A stretch of DNA of 64,000 nucleotides. It comes from Heptranchias perlo (lineage: Eukaryota). Below, one piece after another: positions 44,725-57,100 of this stretch. How positions within the stretch are numbered: the first letter of the stretch is position 1; every line of letters begins with the position of its first letter. Made by a program: the position numbers and the translations under genes. Under the pieces are notes generated by a model that made no database searches, had not been told where the DNA came from, and saw only the letters and a program-made list of their open reading frames with translations. Location of the stretch: contig NC_090355.1 of NCBI RefSeq assembly GCF_035084215.1, positions 21,638,001 to 21,702,000 on the forward strand, given 5' to 3'.

Positions 44725-45723
44725 TTAAAAACAGATAACATTTGTTCGCTGGTGGGGTAACGTGTAGCGTGACATGAACCCAAGATCCCGGTTGAGGCCG
44801 TCCTCATGGGTGCGGAACTTGGCTATCAATTTCTGCTCGACGATTTTGCGTTGTCGTGTGTCTCGAAGGCCGCCTTGGAGTACGCTTACCCGAAGGTCGG
44901 TGGATGAATGTCCATGACTGCTGAAGTGTTCCCCGACTGGGAGGGAACCCTCCTGTTTGGCGATTGTTGTGCGGTGTCCGTTCATCCGTTGTCGCAGCGT
45001 CTGCATGGTCTCACCAATGTACCATGCTCTGGGGCATCCTTTCCTGCAACGTATGAGGTAGACAACGTTGGCCGAGTCACAGGAGTATGAACCATGCACC
45101 TGGTGGGTGGTGTCCTCTCGTGTGATGGTGGTATCTGTGTCGATGATCTGGCATGTCTTGCAGAGGTTACCGTGGCAGGGTTGTGTGGTGTCGTGGACGC
45201 TGTTCTCTTGAAAGCTGGGTAATTTGCTGCGAACGATGGTCTGTTTGAGGTTGGGTGGCTGTTTAAAGGCGAGTAGTGGAGGTGTGGGGATGGCCATAGC
45301 GAGGTGTTTGTCCTCATTGATGACATGTTGAAGGCTGCGGAGAACATGGCGTAGTTTCTCCGCTCCGGGGAAGTACTGGACGACAAAGGGTACTCTGTTG
45401 GTTGCGTCCCGTGTTAGTCTCCTGAGCAGGTCTATGCGATTTTTTGCTGTGGCCCGTCGGAACTGTCGATCGATGAGTCGAGCGTCATATCCCGTTCTTA
45501 CTAGGGCGTCTTTCAGCGTCTGTAGGTGTCCATCGCGTTCCTCCTCGTCTGAGCAGACCCTGTGTATTCGCAGGGCCTGTCCATAGGGGATGGCCTCTTT
45601 GACGTGGTTAGGGTGGAAGCTGGAAAAGTGGAGCATCGTGAGGTTGTCCGTGGGCCTGTCTGTCTGCACACTGATTGCCTTGGCAACGGGCAGTTGAAAA
45701 AACTGTCTGTACTCACCAAGCAT
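44725..45723 (-). CDS. Penelope-like ORF fragment: RT thumb/C-terminus plus GIY-YIG endonuclease (332 aa)
   Basis: Motifs VVYLIRC...YIGET..LRQRMNGH...GEHF...EQKLI...GLN; no internal stops; RT catalytic core absent. Confidence 0.8.
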   Translation of the reverse strand: MLGEYRQFFQLPVAKAISVQTDRPTDNLTMLHFSSFHPNHVKEAIPYGQALRIHRVCSDEEERDGHLQTLKDALVRTGYDARLIDRQFRRATAKNRIDLLRRLTRDATNRVPFVVQYFPGAEKLRHVLRSLQHVINEDKHLAMAIPTPPLLAFKQPPNLKQTIVRSKLPSFQENSVHDTTQPCHGNLCKTCQIIDTDTTITREDTTHQVHGSYSCDSANVVYLIRCRKGCPRAWYIGETMQTLRQRMNGHRTTIAKQEGSLPVGEHFSSHGHSSTDLRVSVLQGGLRDTRQRKIVEQKLIAKFRTHEDGLNRDLGFMSRYTLPHQRTNVICF

Positions 45724-45776
45724 TGTTCTGTGAATTATAAATGCGATTTCATTTCGAGGATTTCATTTTCACATCG

Positions 45777-45815
45777 TTCACCTGACGAAGGAGGAAGCCT
45801 CCGAAAGCTTGTGAA
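45777..45815 (+). ncRNA. Minimal type I hammerhead ribozyme motif in the pseudo-LTR
   Basis: TTCAC-CTGACGA-A-GGAGG AAG CCTCC-GAAA-GC-TT-GTGAA: core boxes, 5-bp stems I and II, palindromic AAGCTT stem III. Confidence 0.8.
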
Positions 45816-48080
45816 TTTAAAATAAAATTGCTGGACTATAACTTGGTGTTGTAAAATTGTTTACAATTGTCAACCCCAGTCCATCACCGGCATCTCCACA
45901 TCAAGATATTATGGTCAATTAAAAATATTATGACCAACCACACCTTCACAAGGAAACAGCTTATTTAAGGAATAAAACATTTGGTGGAGATCTGTCAAAG
46001 GGTTATTTTGCTTCTGCCCTTCCGTCGAAGCTGAAGATGGTGTTGCTTAGACCAAATTCAACTTCTACGAGAAAGAAACTTGAATTAGTTCAAGCTGTAT
46101 TTTTACATTTCATTTTAAACAAACTTGAAAGGTCACCCCAATGAAACTTCTGGAAGTTTGCCACTTGTGCACTTATTGGCTACGCCAGGGTATGATTTTT
46201 TTCCCACGATTGCTGTCAGTGTCTGTTCGATCTTGCAAGAAAAAATATATAAAATATTAGACACCCATTGAATACCATAGCCACATTACAGTCCGTGAAA
46301 AAACAAAATAAAGGTTACCCCATGTCAACTGACAGTGGTAACAGCCAATCCCAACACAAACGCACCCTTTGAATCGCAAGTCATGATGGAGCCCAGAGCT
46401 GATCTTTTCAAGCTAACCTATCGAGAGAGGCTGGAATTTTAATACAAACTTCAACTTCCAATATATTTTCCATAAGTGCAGTAACGAATAATTGCTCAAG
46501 GAAATCACAGCAACTAAAGAATCCAACCACAATTTCAGCAAGTCTAAAGGAATTTTAATTGGAAAGTATTGCACCTACAAATTATTCCCAAGCAAACACT
46601 GGTCAGTTGCTGTATCCAATCCAGGTTCACAACACCAAGGAAGAGAAATTAGTCGCCAAGGCCAATCAATGCATGTACAAAGATTACACGCCACAGCATA
46701 TTTTTATACAAATAAAAGTGCATTAGTTGTTCATATATAACATATATATAATATATTGTGTTATATATACACACACATGTTGCTCTTGCTTTCAACAAGA
46801 ATTCCTGGTTTCACAACAATGGCAGGGTGAAGAAAATACTGATGGAACGTCATTATTACAACAGCAATGCTTTCTGCCTCTGAAAGGCTGTAAATAATTT
46901 ATGCATCCATTTTTACATCTAGTGTGTTACAACCTTGTTCCAGTTTCTATACACAATAGAGTTCCCTTTATAAAGACTCCTTTGGAATGTTTTTTTTCTC
47001 TTTTGCATTAACCCGGATATGAGAACTAACTGTACCTTCTCCTTGCCCTACTGTTTATATCAAGCATCAAATCCCTGGTTTCTGGTTCTTCCAGCACCAT
47101 TTTCACGCAACACTACTGCATTCTTACACTGCAATAAAACCACATGATAACCATTAAACAGCAACAACACATGAAAGGGATCTAAATGGTGTAATGAATC
47201 AATAACAGCATGTTGTACAATTATTTGTGTTTCTGAGAGATAAATAAATTTGAAAAAGGGCAACAGTGGTATTTTCAGATCAATAAGAGGAAAACCGATT
47301 GCAATATTTAACTTGGTCTTTTGTTTTCTGATCATCTTTCACTGGTGCAATTTCTGCCTTGCAGGTTTCCAGTTTTTACTAATCCAAATGACACCAAATG
47401 ATTCAACTGTAAACATGTAAATGCAATTTAAAAAAAAAAGATGTTCTATTTGGACCATGATACTGAGTTCAAAAGCAGCTAAGGACAGCACCGCTGGCCT
47501 CCTCCTCTGGAACAGTGGGGATGGGTGAGGGAAGGAGCATGACTGTCATTTTGCTCGAATTTTACTCCTAACCTTATGTTCTAACAGTAAGAAAGAAAAT
47601 TATAACTTAAAAAAAAAACAGATGTTTGTAAGCATTCATTAATGTTTGCCCATGAAGGAGCAGCATATATACAAAGATGTAAGAGTATGACAGCATGTCA
47701 CTTCAAACAGTGTTTCATTCAAATCAGTTCAGGACTGTATTAAAGCTACAGGACCAAAAATAATTGTACCTCTTTCACATTTAGAAACTACAGAATTTCA
47801 AATCCATAATATCTGTCCACAGTCTGCTTTTTTTCAATGAATTTCATTCCCCATAGGAGAATGTCTTCATCTGCATTTAAAAGATGCATTAATATAAAGT
47901 ACCAGTACTATTAAATACTTGTAAACAGCTGGAAAACTTGTAGTCCTGTATTAAAAACACTGCCATAACAGTGACTGAAAACACTAATAAGGATATCTTA
48001 TTATCAATAGCTGTAGTGTTCATCCAATGAGTTATGTTGATAGTTCTTTGAGTGTGCACGTTCCAGACGTTGCAATTGGT

Positions 48081-48164
48081 TTATTGCCAGTGAGGGGGAG
48101 GTCGACCCGATATTGATGGACGTACAATACCTTTAGGAGCAGGTTTTGACCCAAACCAAGACAT
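48081..48164 (-). CDS. GOLGA1: GOLGA1 last coding exon ([27 protein letters not shown])
   Basis: ctgcAG acceptor, TAA at 48081-48083. Confidence 0.93.
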   Translation of the reverse strand: MSWFGSKPAPKGIVRPSISGRPPPHWQ

Positions 48165-51100
48165 CTGCAGTGTAAACAGAATAATATTTGGTAAACAACT
48201 CGAGGTTATTCATTAAAAAACATTCTTCAAGCGCAATGATTCCGTTTCAAAGATCATCTGCTCCAGATGTGTGTATACGACCATGTCTCACTTTCAAACT
48301 GTGCATCCCACTTGCTTGAATGTGAATTAGACAAGATTTTAAATGCAGCAGTAGCTGATCTTCCCCCAACAAATTAGACATTTCACATGACAATTGCTGT
48401 TTGTAAAACATGACACAATATAGATACAAAACAATCCTTCAGTAAAAGACTAGAAACGGATAAGACTCAGTAAAGCGAGTAGAAATGGATGATGCTCTAC
48501 CTTATATTCTAAAGATTCCTTTAACATGTTCTCTTCTTCACGTGTAAAGTTAAGTAGCACGGATACCGCTCTCACCAGCTGATAGGCCTGCAACAAAACA
48601 CTTATTGTAATCTGTTTTTTTCCCCCATTTATTAGACCATTGAAAATTGTCATGCAACTTTCTACAAGAAAAAACTACTCATGTCTCAGCAAGGAAAATT
48701 ATAAACTACAATGTTGCTGTAATTCACAAATCATTTTGAATGTAAAGTTTCAGTATTTTACTATTCAAAGCAGATGTTTTAATGTTTCTAGAAACCTTCC
48801 CTAAACTTCTCAAGTTAAAATTCATTAAAGGAGTATTCCAGGATACAGTCCTACAATGGCCTTATCATTGAGCATTTTTCTGAAAATGCTCATCCGTTCT
48901 GTAGATTTTTAAAAATTACTTGCCATGTGGCACCTGGCTTCCTGATCCTGGCCATCATCTTTTTCATGTTACTGAAGCTAGCCACCAAAAGACAGCATCC
49001 CTGTGCCTAGCCTTTGCTCCCACCGGTGGAACCCCCATGGACTTTTGAGGCCTGGATGTTTTTCTGAGGCCGTGATTGAGGCAAAAGGCAGTTTGCTAAA
49101 TTAGAAAAAAGGTGACAGAATGGTAAGCTCTTTTCCAACAAAATTTTAAAAGGCAGTACAGCAAGTCACCCGTGTGCTTCTCAAGCTTTATATTTTAAGT
49201 TTTAAATGTTGGCTGTAAATGCAGTAAAGGATACTGCTAGTGATGTGAGACCACCTCTTTCTAGGTCTCACTAGACATCAAACTGCTGATATCAGAAACC
49301 ATGATCATTATACTGCAAGTTTCGGAACCTTGCAGAAGATCACACCACATCAATGCCAAATGTGTACTTTAAGCAGGGCATTAACTCTCCCAGTTTTTCC
49401 TCCGTGGGGAGTCATCCGGTCTCCATGCAATCCTTTCTTTGTGCAAGGCCTTAATTTGGCCACATCTAAAATACTGTGTCCAGTTTTGGTCCCCTCATTT
49501 GGTAGGCGATGTTAAGTCCCTGGAAAAGGTACTGGGGAGGGCCAATTGATTAATACCTATTTTAAGGGCCCTTAATTATCAACATAGGCTTAGAGAACTG
49601 GGACTTTTTACTTTGAAAAAGCATACACGCGAGGAGATATGATTGAGGTCTTTAAAATAAAGAAGGGATTAGGCTGTGTGAGCTAGATAGGCTGGGGAGG
49701 ACTGGGGGCATCAGTATAACTTAAAAAAGCATAGGTTAGATGCTATGAAGTACTTTTCACAGAGAATCATGGACATTTGGAATAGGTTGCTAGTGCGTGT
49801 GGATTCAATACAAGCTTTCAAAAAGGAGCTGGACAAGTTATAGGAGGTAGGTAGGCTACTAAGGACAACTGATATATCAGTGCGGTCTGGAGCTTATGAG
49901 ATTTCCTTTGGGTATCGGAGAAGAGTTTCCCAGAGTTTTTCCCCAAAATTGGTCTACGGTTTTTCTTTGTCTCTCCCAGAAAGCTGCATAACTATTGGGG
50001 AGGGGTGGTGTGATGGGGAGGGGTGATGTGATGGGGTTGATGGTGTATGTAGATTGCAGCATGTCAGGATGGGATAAGCTTGATGCACCAGCTGGTCTTT
50101 TCCTGTCATTTTCTGTATGTTTCACTTCTGATCCCCAGCTTAATCACCGCAGCACTGTTCTGCCTTATCATTTAAAACTATTGTAACAGATCTACATATT
50201 AACATCTATCTAACAAACACAAATAAAGGCTCTCTATTAATTACCTGCGGATTACTGCAATCATTATTAACTCACCTCAGATTCTCGTACAGACATGAAT
50301 TTGAGAAGAACGTGTTTAAGATACTCAAAATTGATCTCCCTGGAGTCATTCAGGTCTGAATTGTTTACAACTGTGCTGGAATTATTGATGCTGGCTGGTG
50401 GCTCAAAGTAAGGTCTCTCTCGGACTTCAGCAGGCTCCATTTCTGGTTTCATTTTCTTTAATTGAAAAGATTTAGTACACGTCAATCATAATGCCATATT
50501 ACAAAATCGGAAGAACTTTCTTGAGCTGTCAATATTGCTAATTTTTTCATTTGGTCTAACATGTGAAGAAACCCATCACTATGTTTGAGTTTCCAACTCA
50601 AGCTACTGAGAAATCTCTGCAGGTACAATTTCTGTTTGCCTGATATGGACATACCCCATCTACTAAAATCCAGAGAACTTAGGCACACTAAGGCAGAGCG
50701 AAGGCCTACGGACCCCAAGTATGTACAAGGCTATTGCTGGAGTTTAACCAGTTAAAATTGCACAGCTTAATAGTACAGAGTGCACTCACTGCCTAGACTC
50801 TCAAATGAAGAATGAGGACGAAGCAGTTTGTGTACGATTATTTTATAAAAACTCTCAAATAAATTCAGAACAAAATATGCTAGAGCTGCTGCCCATCAAA
50901 GCATTTCTAATATTGCCTATAGAGATGGTAAACCACAAAATTCACTTTACCCAAACAAAAACATCCTTCAACTGCTTGAACAGATAAGAAATGAAAACAA
51001 ATCAAGCTGGTTCAGATTCATCAGAACAGTTTAAAATGGGAAAACATTACTACCATCAATTTGAACCACACATGAAAGGCACGAAAGGCAAGGAGTAAAA

Positions 51101-54100
51101 AACAGGAATTACAATGGGTTTGTCAAGCAAAAAGATAAGCTCCATTAATTAGCACTATTAAATGAATTAAAACTAGGTCATGCAAAGTCATAAGAAAGTA
51201 TTCTGGGAACAATTCTCCAGACTACATTATTTCAGTATCAGGTTACAGATGTTAAGCTGCAGGCATCAGGCAACCTGTTTAGGAAGTGGCATCTGTCACA
51301 CTAACGCATGTGCAAAATATTTGTGTCATCGTTCTGACCCATTTTCTGGTTTGATCCATTGAAAAATAAACGAAATAACTTTTTTAAAAATTTAATTTAA
51401 TGCAAGAGCCTACCAGTTCTTTCTGTAGTGTCTTTTTCAGTTCTGTTAGCCTCTGTTGTAGTTGTTTAATAGTCTTTGAAGGAAGAAAAAAGATTTCAAA
51501 TATAAAATCTGCAGTGATGCTGTATACACTAAAATCATCATTTGATAAAACAATTTTGATTTAAGATTTTACCATATAAGAAAAGACATGGGAACTTCTA
51601 AGCATACATTCCAAATTTGATGGATCACTGGCTGAGGTAGGTTGAGTAATCACAAGCCTTGAAAATGAGAGAACAAACGGATCTAGCGCCTCCTCATCTC
51701 AACCAAGAAGTTTCAGCAGAACTAAGTGGTGAAGGGGTGGGGAAACATAATAACTCTCCGCCTTCACTGCAGGAATTTGTCTAGCCTCAGCCGGATTGGC
51801 AACATGATTTCCTCTGACTGGATAATCCTCACTGACGGAGGGATCCTCATGATGGAGGGGCACACCTAGCACCTCGGCACTGGAATAAACTGCTGTACCG
51901 TAAACAATAAATTGAACATGTACCTCATCCTGGGATCAAAAACGGTCATTCATAGGGAGATTAAATAAGCAATGGAGCGTGTGAGTATAGTTAATCTTGG
52001 CCATCCCAGGAATCAAAGCTGGCAAGTTGTGCTCAGGCATTTCCCAGAGACGAAAAGGCCAGAGGGCAAGTAATCCTCAGCTGCTCTCAGGCACAACTTT
52101 ACATAGAATCTACAGCACAGAAACGGGCCACTGGGCCCATATGGTCAAAGCCAGTGTTTATACTCCACACGAGCTGCTTCTCACTCCAATTACCTCTTCG
52201 CACCTGCCCCTATATTCCTCTATTTCTTTCTCCCTCATGTATGTATCAAGCCTCCCCTTAAATGTGTCAATGATATCTGCTTCAACCACTCCATGTGGCA
52301 GCGAGTTCCACATTCTCACCACTGTGTAAAGAAATTCTTCATAAATTCTTTATTTGATCTGATAGTGGCGATCTTAGTGCCTCCTTGTTCTGGACTCACC
52401 CACAAGTGGAAACAGTTTCTCCACATCAACCCGATCGAACCTCTTCATAATTTTCAAGACCTCTATTAGGCCTCCTCTTTTCCAGAGAAAAGAGCTGCAG
52501 CTTGCTCAATCTTACTGAAGAATGACATAAGTAGAGTTCTTCAATAGATCATCTGCCTTCTCAATCAGGGAATAGCAAACAGCATATGGCATGTGGAAAA
52601 ATTCAAAGGGGAAGAAGAAAAGGTCTTACTCATTTGATACACAATTTTTGCCTAGGAAATAGGGGTAGCTTAGGTGACATTTATTTGATAGCATCATGAA
52701 GTCGATTAGATAATTAGGGGGATAGATAGCGTCCTCTGCAGTCGTGACCAGGAATCCAGAAGGGTGTTTGCCTACCTGGTGCAAAGGTAAAGGATATCCC
52801 GGGGCAACTGGAGAGGAACTTGGAAAGGGAGAGGAAAGATCCAGTTGTCGTGTTCCATGTTGCGACCAATGACGTAGGAAAGAAAAGGGAGGAGGTCCTG
52901 CTAAGGAATATCAGAAGTTAGGAACTAAATTAAAAAACAGGACGTCACGGGTGGTAATTTCAGGATTACTACCCAAGCCACGTGCTAATTGGCATCGGGA
53001 TAAACAGATCAGAAAGGTGAATGCGTGGCTGAAAGACTGGTGTGGGAAGGAGGGGTTCCATTTCATGGGGCAGTGGCACCCAGTATTAGGACAGGAAGGA
53101 GCTGTACCGCTAGGAGCGTCTCCACCTGAAACGGAATGGGATCAGTGTCCTAGTGGAAAGGATAAATAGGGCTGTGGATAGGTCTTTAAACTAGTAAGAT
53201 GGGTGGAGGGCTTTGGTGAAAATAACATAAGTCTGAAGATAAAAGAAATAGGAGATGAGAGTAAAGGTCATACCAAAGTAAGGAACCAGGGTAACATAAA
53301 CAGTCAGGGAACAAATACAGTTATAGAACATAAGTACTAAATGACTGTCAAAAATAAAGTGAGGGGAACAATTATTAAAAACAAATCAAATTACCTGTAC
53401 AGCAATGTGCACAGCATCTGAAACAAAACGAGGGAACTGGAGACAATAACTTGTAGCAAAGAGCCAGATGTAATAGGGATAACTGAAACACGGCTACATA
53501 AGACAGGACTGGCAGTTAAATTTGCAGAATAGAACGTATTTAGAAAGGATAGGGAAGGAAGGGGGGTGTGGTAGCTGTACTAATTAGACACAACATAATG
53601 GCAATAGAATAAAGGGACATAAGTAAATTAAGATAGAAATAGAATCCACATGGATTGAGACAGAGGATAAGAAGGGATCAATCACATTAATAAATATATT
53701 CCTAATGGTGAAAGGAAAGTGGAGGAAGAAATACGAAGGCAAATCTATGAAATAAGTTTTTAAAAATCAAATAATAATCATGGGAGATTTCAACTACCTC
53801 CAAATAAACTGGCAAGAGACAGGGAAAGGGGAATGGAGTTTTTACAGTGTGTACATGACTCCTTTCTTACCCAGTATGTGAGAAGCCCAGCAAGAGAGGA
53901 ATCACTGCTGGATCTAGTAATGGGAAATGAAACACAGCAGATAAGAGAAGTAAGCACAGGGGACCCCTAGGCAACAGTGATCATAAAATAATAAGGTTTA
54001 AAATAATGATTGAGAAAGACATAAGCAAGACAAAGACCAAAGTAATAGGTTGGAAAAAAGCTAATTTTGAGGGGAGGTGAATGGAACTAGAAAAGGTAAA

Positions 54101-57100
54101 CTGGAAAAAAATCTTGACAAAGAGATAGAACAGCAGTGGAAAATATTTAAAACGATGATCAATAAAGTTCAGGGGAAGTATATTCCTCTAAAAAACAAGA
54201 ACAAACTAGCCAATAAAGAAACACCATGGATGAATAAAGAGATAAGGGTAAAATTGAAACTAAAGAAAAAGGCATACTCTAAGTACATAGACAATAAAGG
54301 AGAGGATGACAAAAGGGACTACGAAGAGATATGAAGAATACAGAAAGATGTCAAAAAAATTAGGAAAGCAAAACTAAATTATCATCAAGGAATATAAAAA
54401 AAAAAGTAAAGTACTACAGACACATAAATAACAAAAGAAAAATCAGGATAGGGATAGGGCCACTAAGGGAGGCACAAAACAAACTCACAGGTAATGACAG
54501 CGAAATGGCAGAAATATTGAATAGTTACTTGCCTCGGTATTTATCAGGGAGACCAACAAGGTGGGCATGACATTAGAAGAAGAGATCAAAAAAGAAAGAT
54601 AAAAAGGGTGGAGATAATTGCTAAACTAATCAAACTTCGAGAGGATAAAATTCCTGGTCCGGATGGATTGCATCCGCGCAAATTAAAAGAAGTTAGGGAA
54701 CAGATAGCAGAGGTACTGTTACAAATCTCTAAAAATTAATTAGAAAAGGGAATAGTGCAAGAGGACTGGCGGACAGCTAATGTTCTATCTCCCTTTTTAA
54801 ATATAGGAATAATAAGTCCAGGGATCTATAGACCGGTAAGCTTAATGTCGATGGTAGGAAAGGTAATGAATCTTTACTCAAAGATGTAATAGAAAAACAT
54901 CTAGAAAACAAAAATACGATAAATAATAGTCAGCACGGATTTCAGGAGGGAAAGTCATGCTTGACCAACCTTATTGAATTCTTTGAAGAAGTAACAGAAA
55001 GAATACACATGGGGAATACAGTAGATGTAATATATTTGGATTTTCAAAAGGCCTTCGATAAGGTATTGCATTATAGACTCGTGACTAAGGTCAGAGCATG
55101 TGGAGTCAGGGGACAGATAGCAGAATGGATAGCAAGCTGGCTACAAAACAGAAAACAGACAGTAAGGGTTAAGGGTATCTACTCAGACTGGCAAAAGGTG
55201 GGAAGTGGTGTTCCACATGGATTGGTGCTGTGACCACTGTTATTCACAATTTACATTAACGATTTGGACTCGGGAATTGGAAGTACAATTTCAAAATTTG
55301 CAGACGACATCAAATTGGGGGGTGTAGTTAATACAAGGAAAGAATGCGTCAAAATGCAAGAAGACATTAATAAACTTGCAGAATGAACGTGTAATTGGCA
55401 AACAAATTTCAATATAGATAAGTGTGAGATGGTGCATTTTGGTAGAAAAAATAAGGAGGTCACATCCTGCTTGGATAATAAAAGTCTAAATGGGGTAGAG
55501 GAGCAAAGGGATCTCGGGTTACAGATACACAAATCACTAAAAGTAGTGATGCAGGTTAATAAGGCCTAAAAAAAGGCAAACCACGCAATGAGGTTCATTT
55601 TTAGAGGAATAGAATTGAAAAGCAGAGAAGCAAAGAAACTTATATAGACCACACTTGAAATACTGTGCACAGTTCTGGTCTCCATATTATAAAATGGATA
55701 TACAGGCACTGGAGAAGGTGCAAAAAAGATTCCCAAGGATGACACCAGAACTGAGAGGATATACTTACCAGGAATGGCTAAACAGACTGGGGCTCTTTCC
55801 TCTAGAAAAGGCTGAGCGGTGACCTGATAGAGGTCTTTAAGATTATGAAAGGGTTTCATAGGGCAGACGTAGGGAAAATGTTTCCACTTGTGGGGGGAGT
55901 CCAAAACTAGAGGTCATCAATATAAGATAGCCACTAATAAATCAAATAGTGAATTCAGGAGAAACTTCTTTACCAAAGAGTGGTAAGAATGTGGAATGTG
56001 CTACCACAAGGAGTACGTGAGACAAATAGCATAGATGCATTTAAGGGGAAGCTAGATAAATACATGAGGGAGAAAGGAATAGAAGGGTATGCTGATAGGG
56101 GTAGATGAAGTAGGCTCACGTGGAGCATAGACACCAGCACAGACCATTTGGGCCAAATGGCCTGTTTCTGTGCTGTTAGACCCGGTAACTCGATGAAGTG
56201 ATATCAAGCAAATTGGTGTCTATTTAGAAACCAACATTTTCAAAGCACAATATCCTGTATTGTGATATATTACTTATTTCAGCACAATATCCTGATAAAT
56301 TCTTACAAATTGCAATCAAAAGCAGCCATCACCATTCAACACTTCTTATTGGATTTAATGCAACATGATATAGGAAAACTAAACATACATTTAAACATGC
56401 TGCCAAATTTCAATTTAGTAAAGCTAAATATTTTGAGACGTTTTTAAAATTGAACTCTTAAATTCTTTGAGATTGATGGTGCACATTGTAGAGCAAGCCA
56501 GTGACTCAAAATGATAAAACAGCTTTGCAGTTTATCTATTTTGAGAAGGAAACTGCAATGCTACATTAGTCATAATGAAACCTATAAACTGTAGAAATCA
56601 AGATGCAGATTGTAGATGGAAAAATGCAGATATTTTAACTGGCTAATAATATCAAGCATAAATCTAGAAAGTAACCTGTTCAAACATTATAAAACCCTAA
56701 GCAATCCTCTGCATGTGAGCCTTCTAACACATGGAGAGGTTATCAGATAAAGAGATAAAGCTTCTAAACCACAGTGACATATACATTTCCTGTGTTGCTA
56801 ACCTTGTTTTTCTCTATCAATTGTTGCTCCAAATCTTGGTTGTTCTGCTGAAGCTGCAAGGTATCTGCAATTGTCACATCTCCATTTTGCGCTTTCTCAT
56901 CATTTTCTGGGGGATTTAACTGTTCGTTGAGGGCCGTCACCTCTGTTTCTAGATCATTTACCTGCCAAAGCAATTTGCATTTCTTTGGTGCAACTCTTAT
57001 AGTTAGTGATTCACTGAAACAAAACTATGTACTGTGTTGGCTTGGATACAAAAAACAGAATTTTATAAAAGTAGAGAAGACAATAAATAAATGTAAATAC

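Larger units (their letters stand above)
44400..45900 (-). mobile_element. Penelope-like retroelement (Neptune-type), 5'-truncated, with inverted pseudo-LTRs
   Basis: Open ORF with the RT C-terminal part, a CxxxxCxxC linker and a GIY-YIG nuclease. 213-bp inverted repeats at 44398-44610 and 45655-45867 (1 mismatch). Direct repeat TCAAGATATTAT at 44388-44399 and 45901-45912 is the likely target-site duplication. Confidence 0.92.

Noticed and set aside
44440-45825. Twin ORFs ending ...SPDEGGSLRKLVNLK on opposite strands
   Set aside because: By-product of the 213-bp inverted repeat.
44398-45867. DNA transposon with long terminal inverted repeats
   Set aside because: The protein is RT C-terminus plus GIY-YIG, not a DDE transposase, and the asymmetric tail fits a Penelope-like element.
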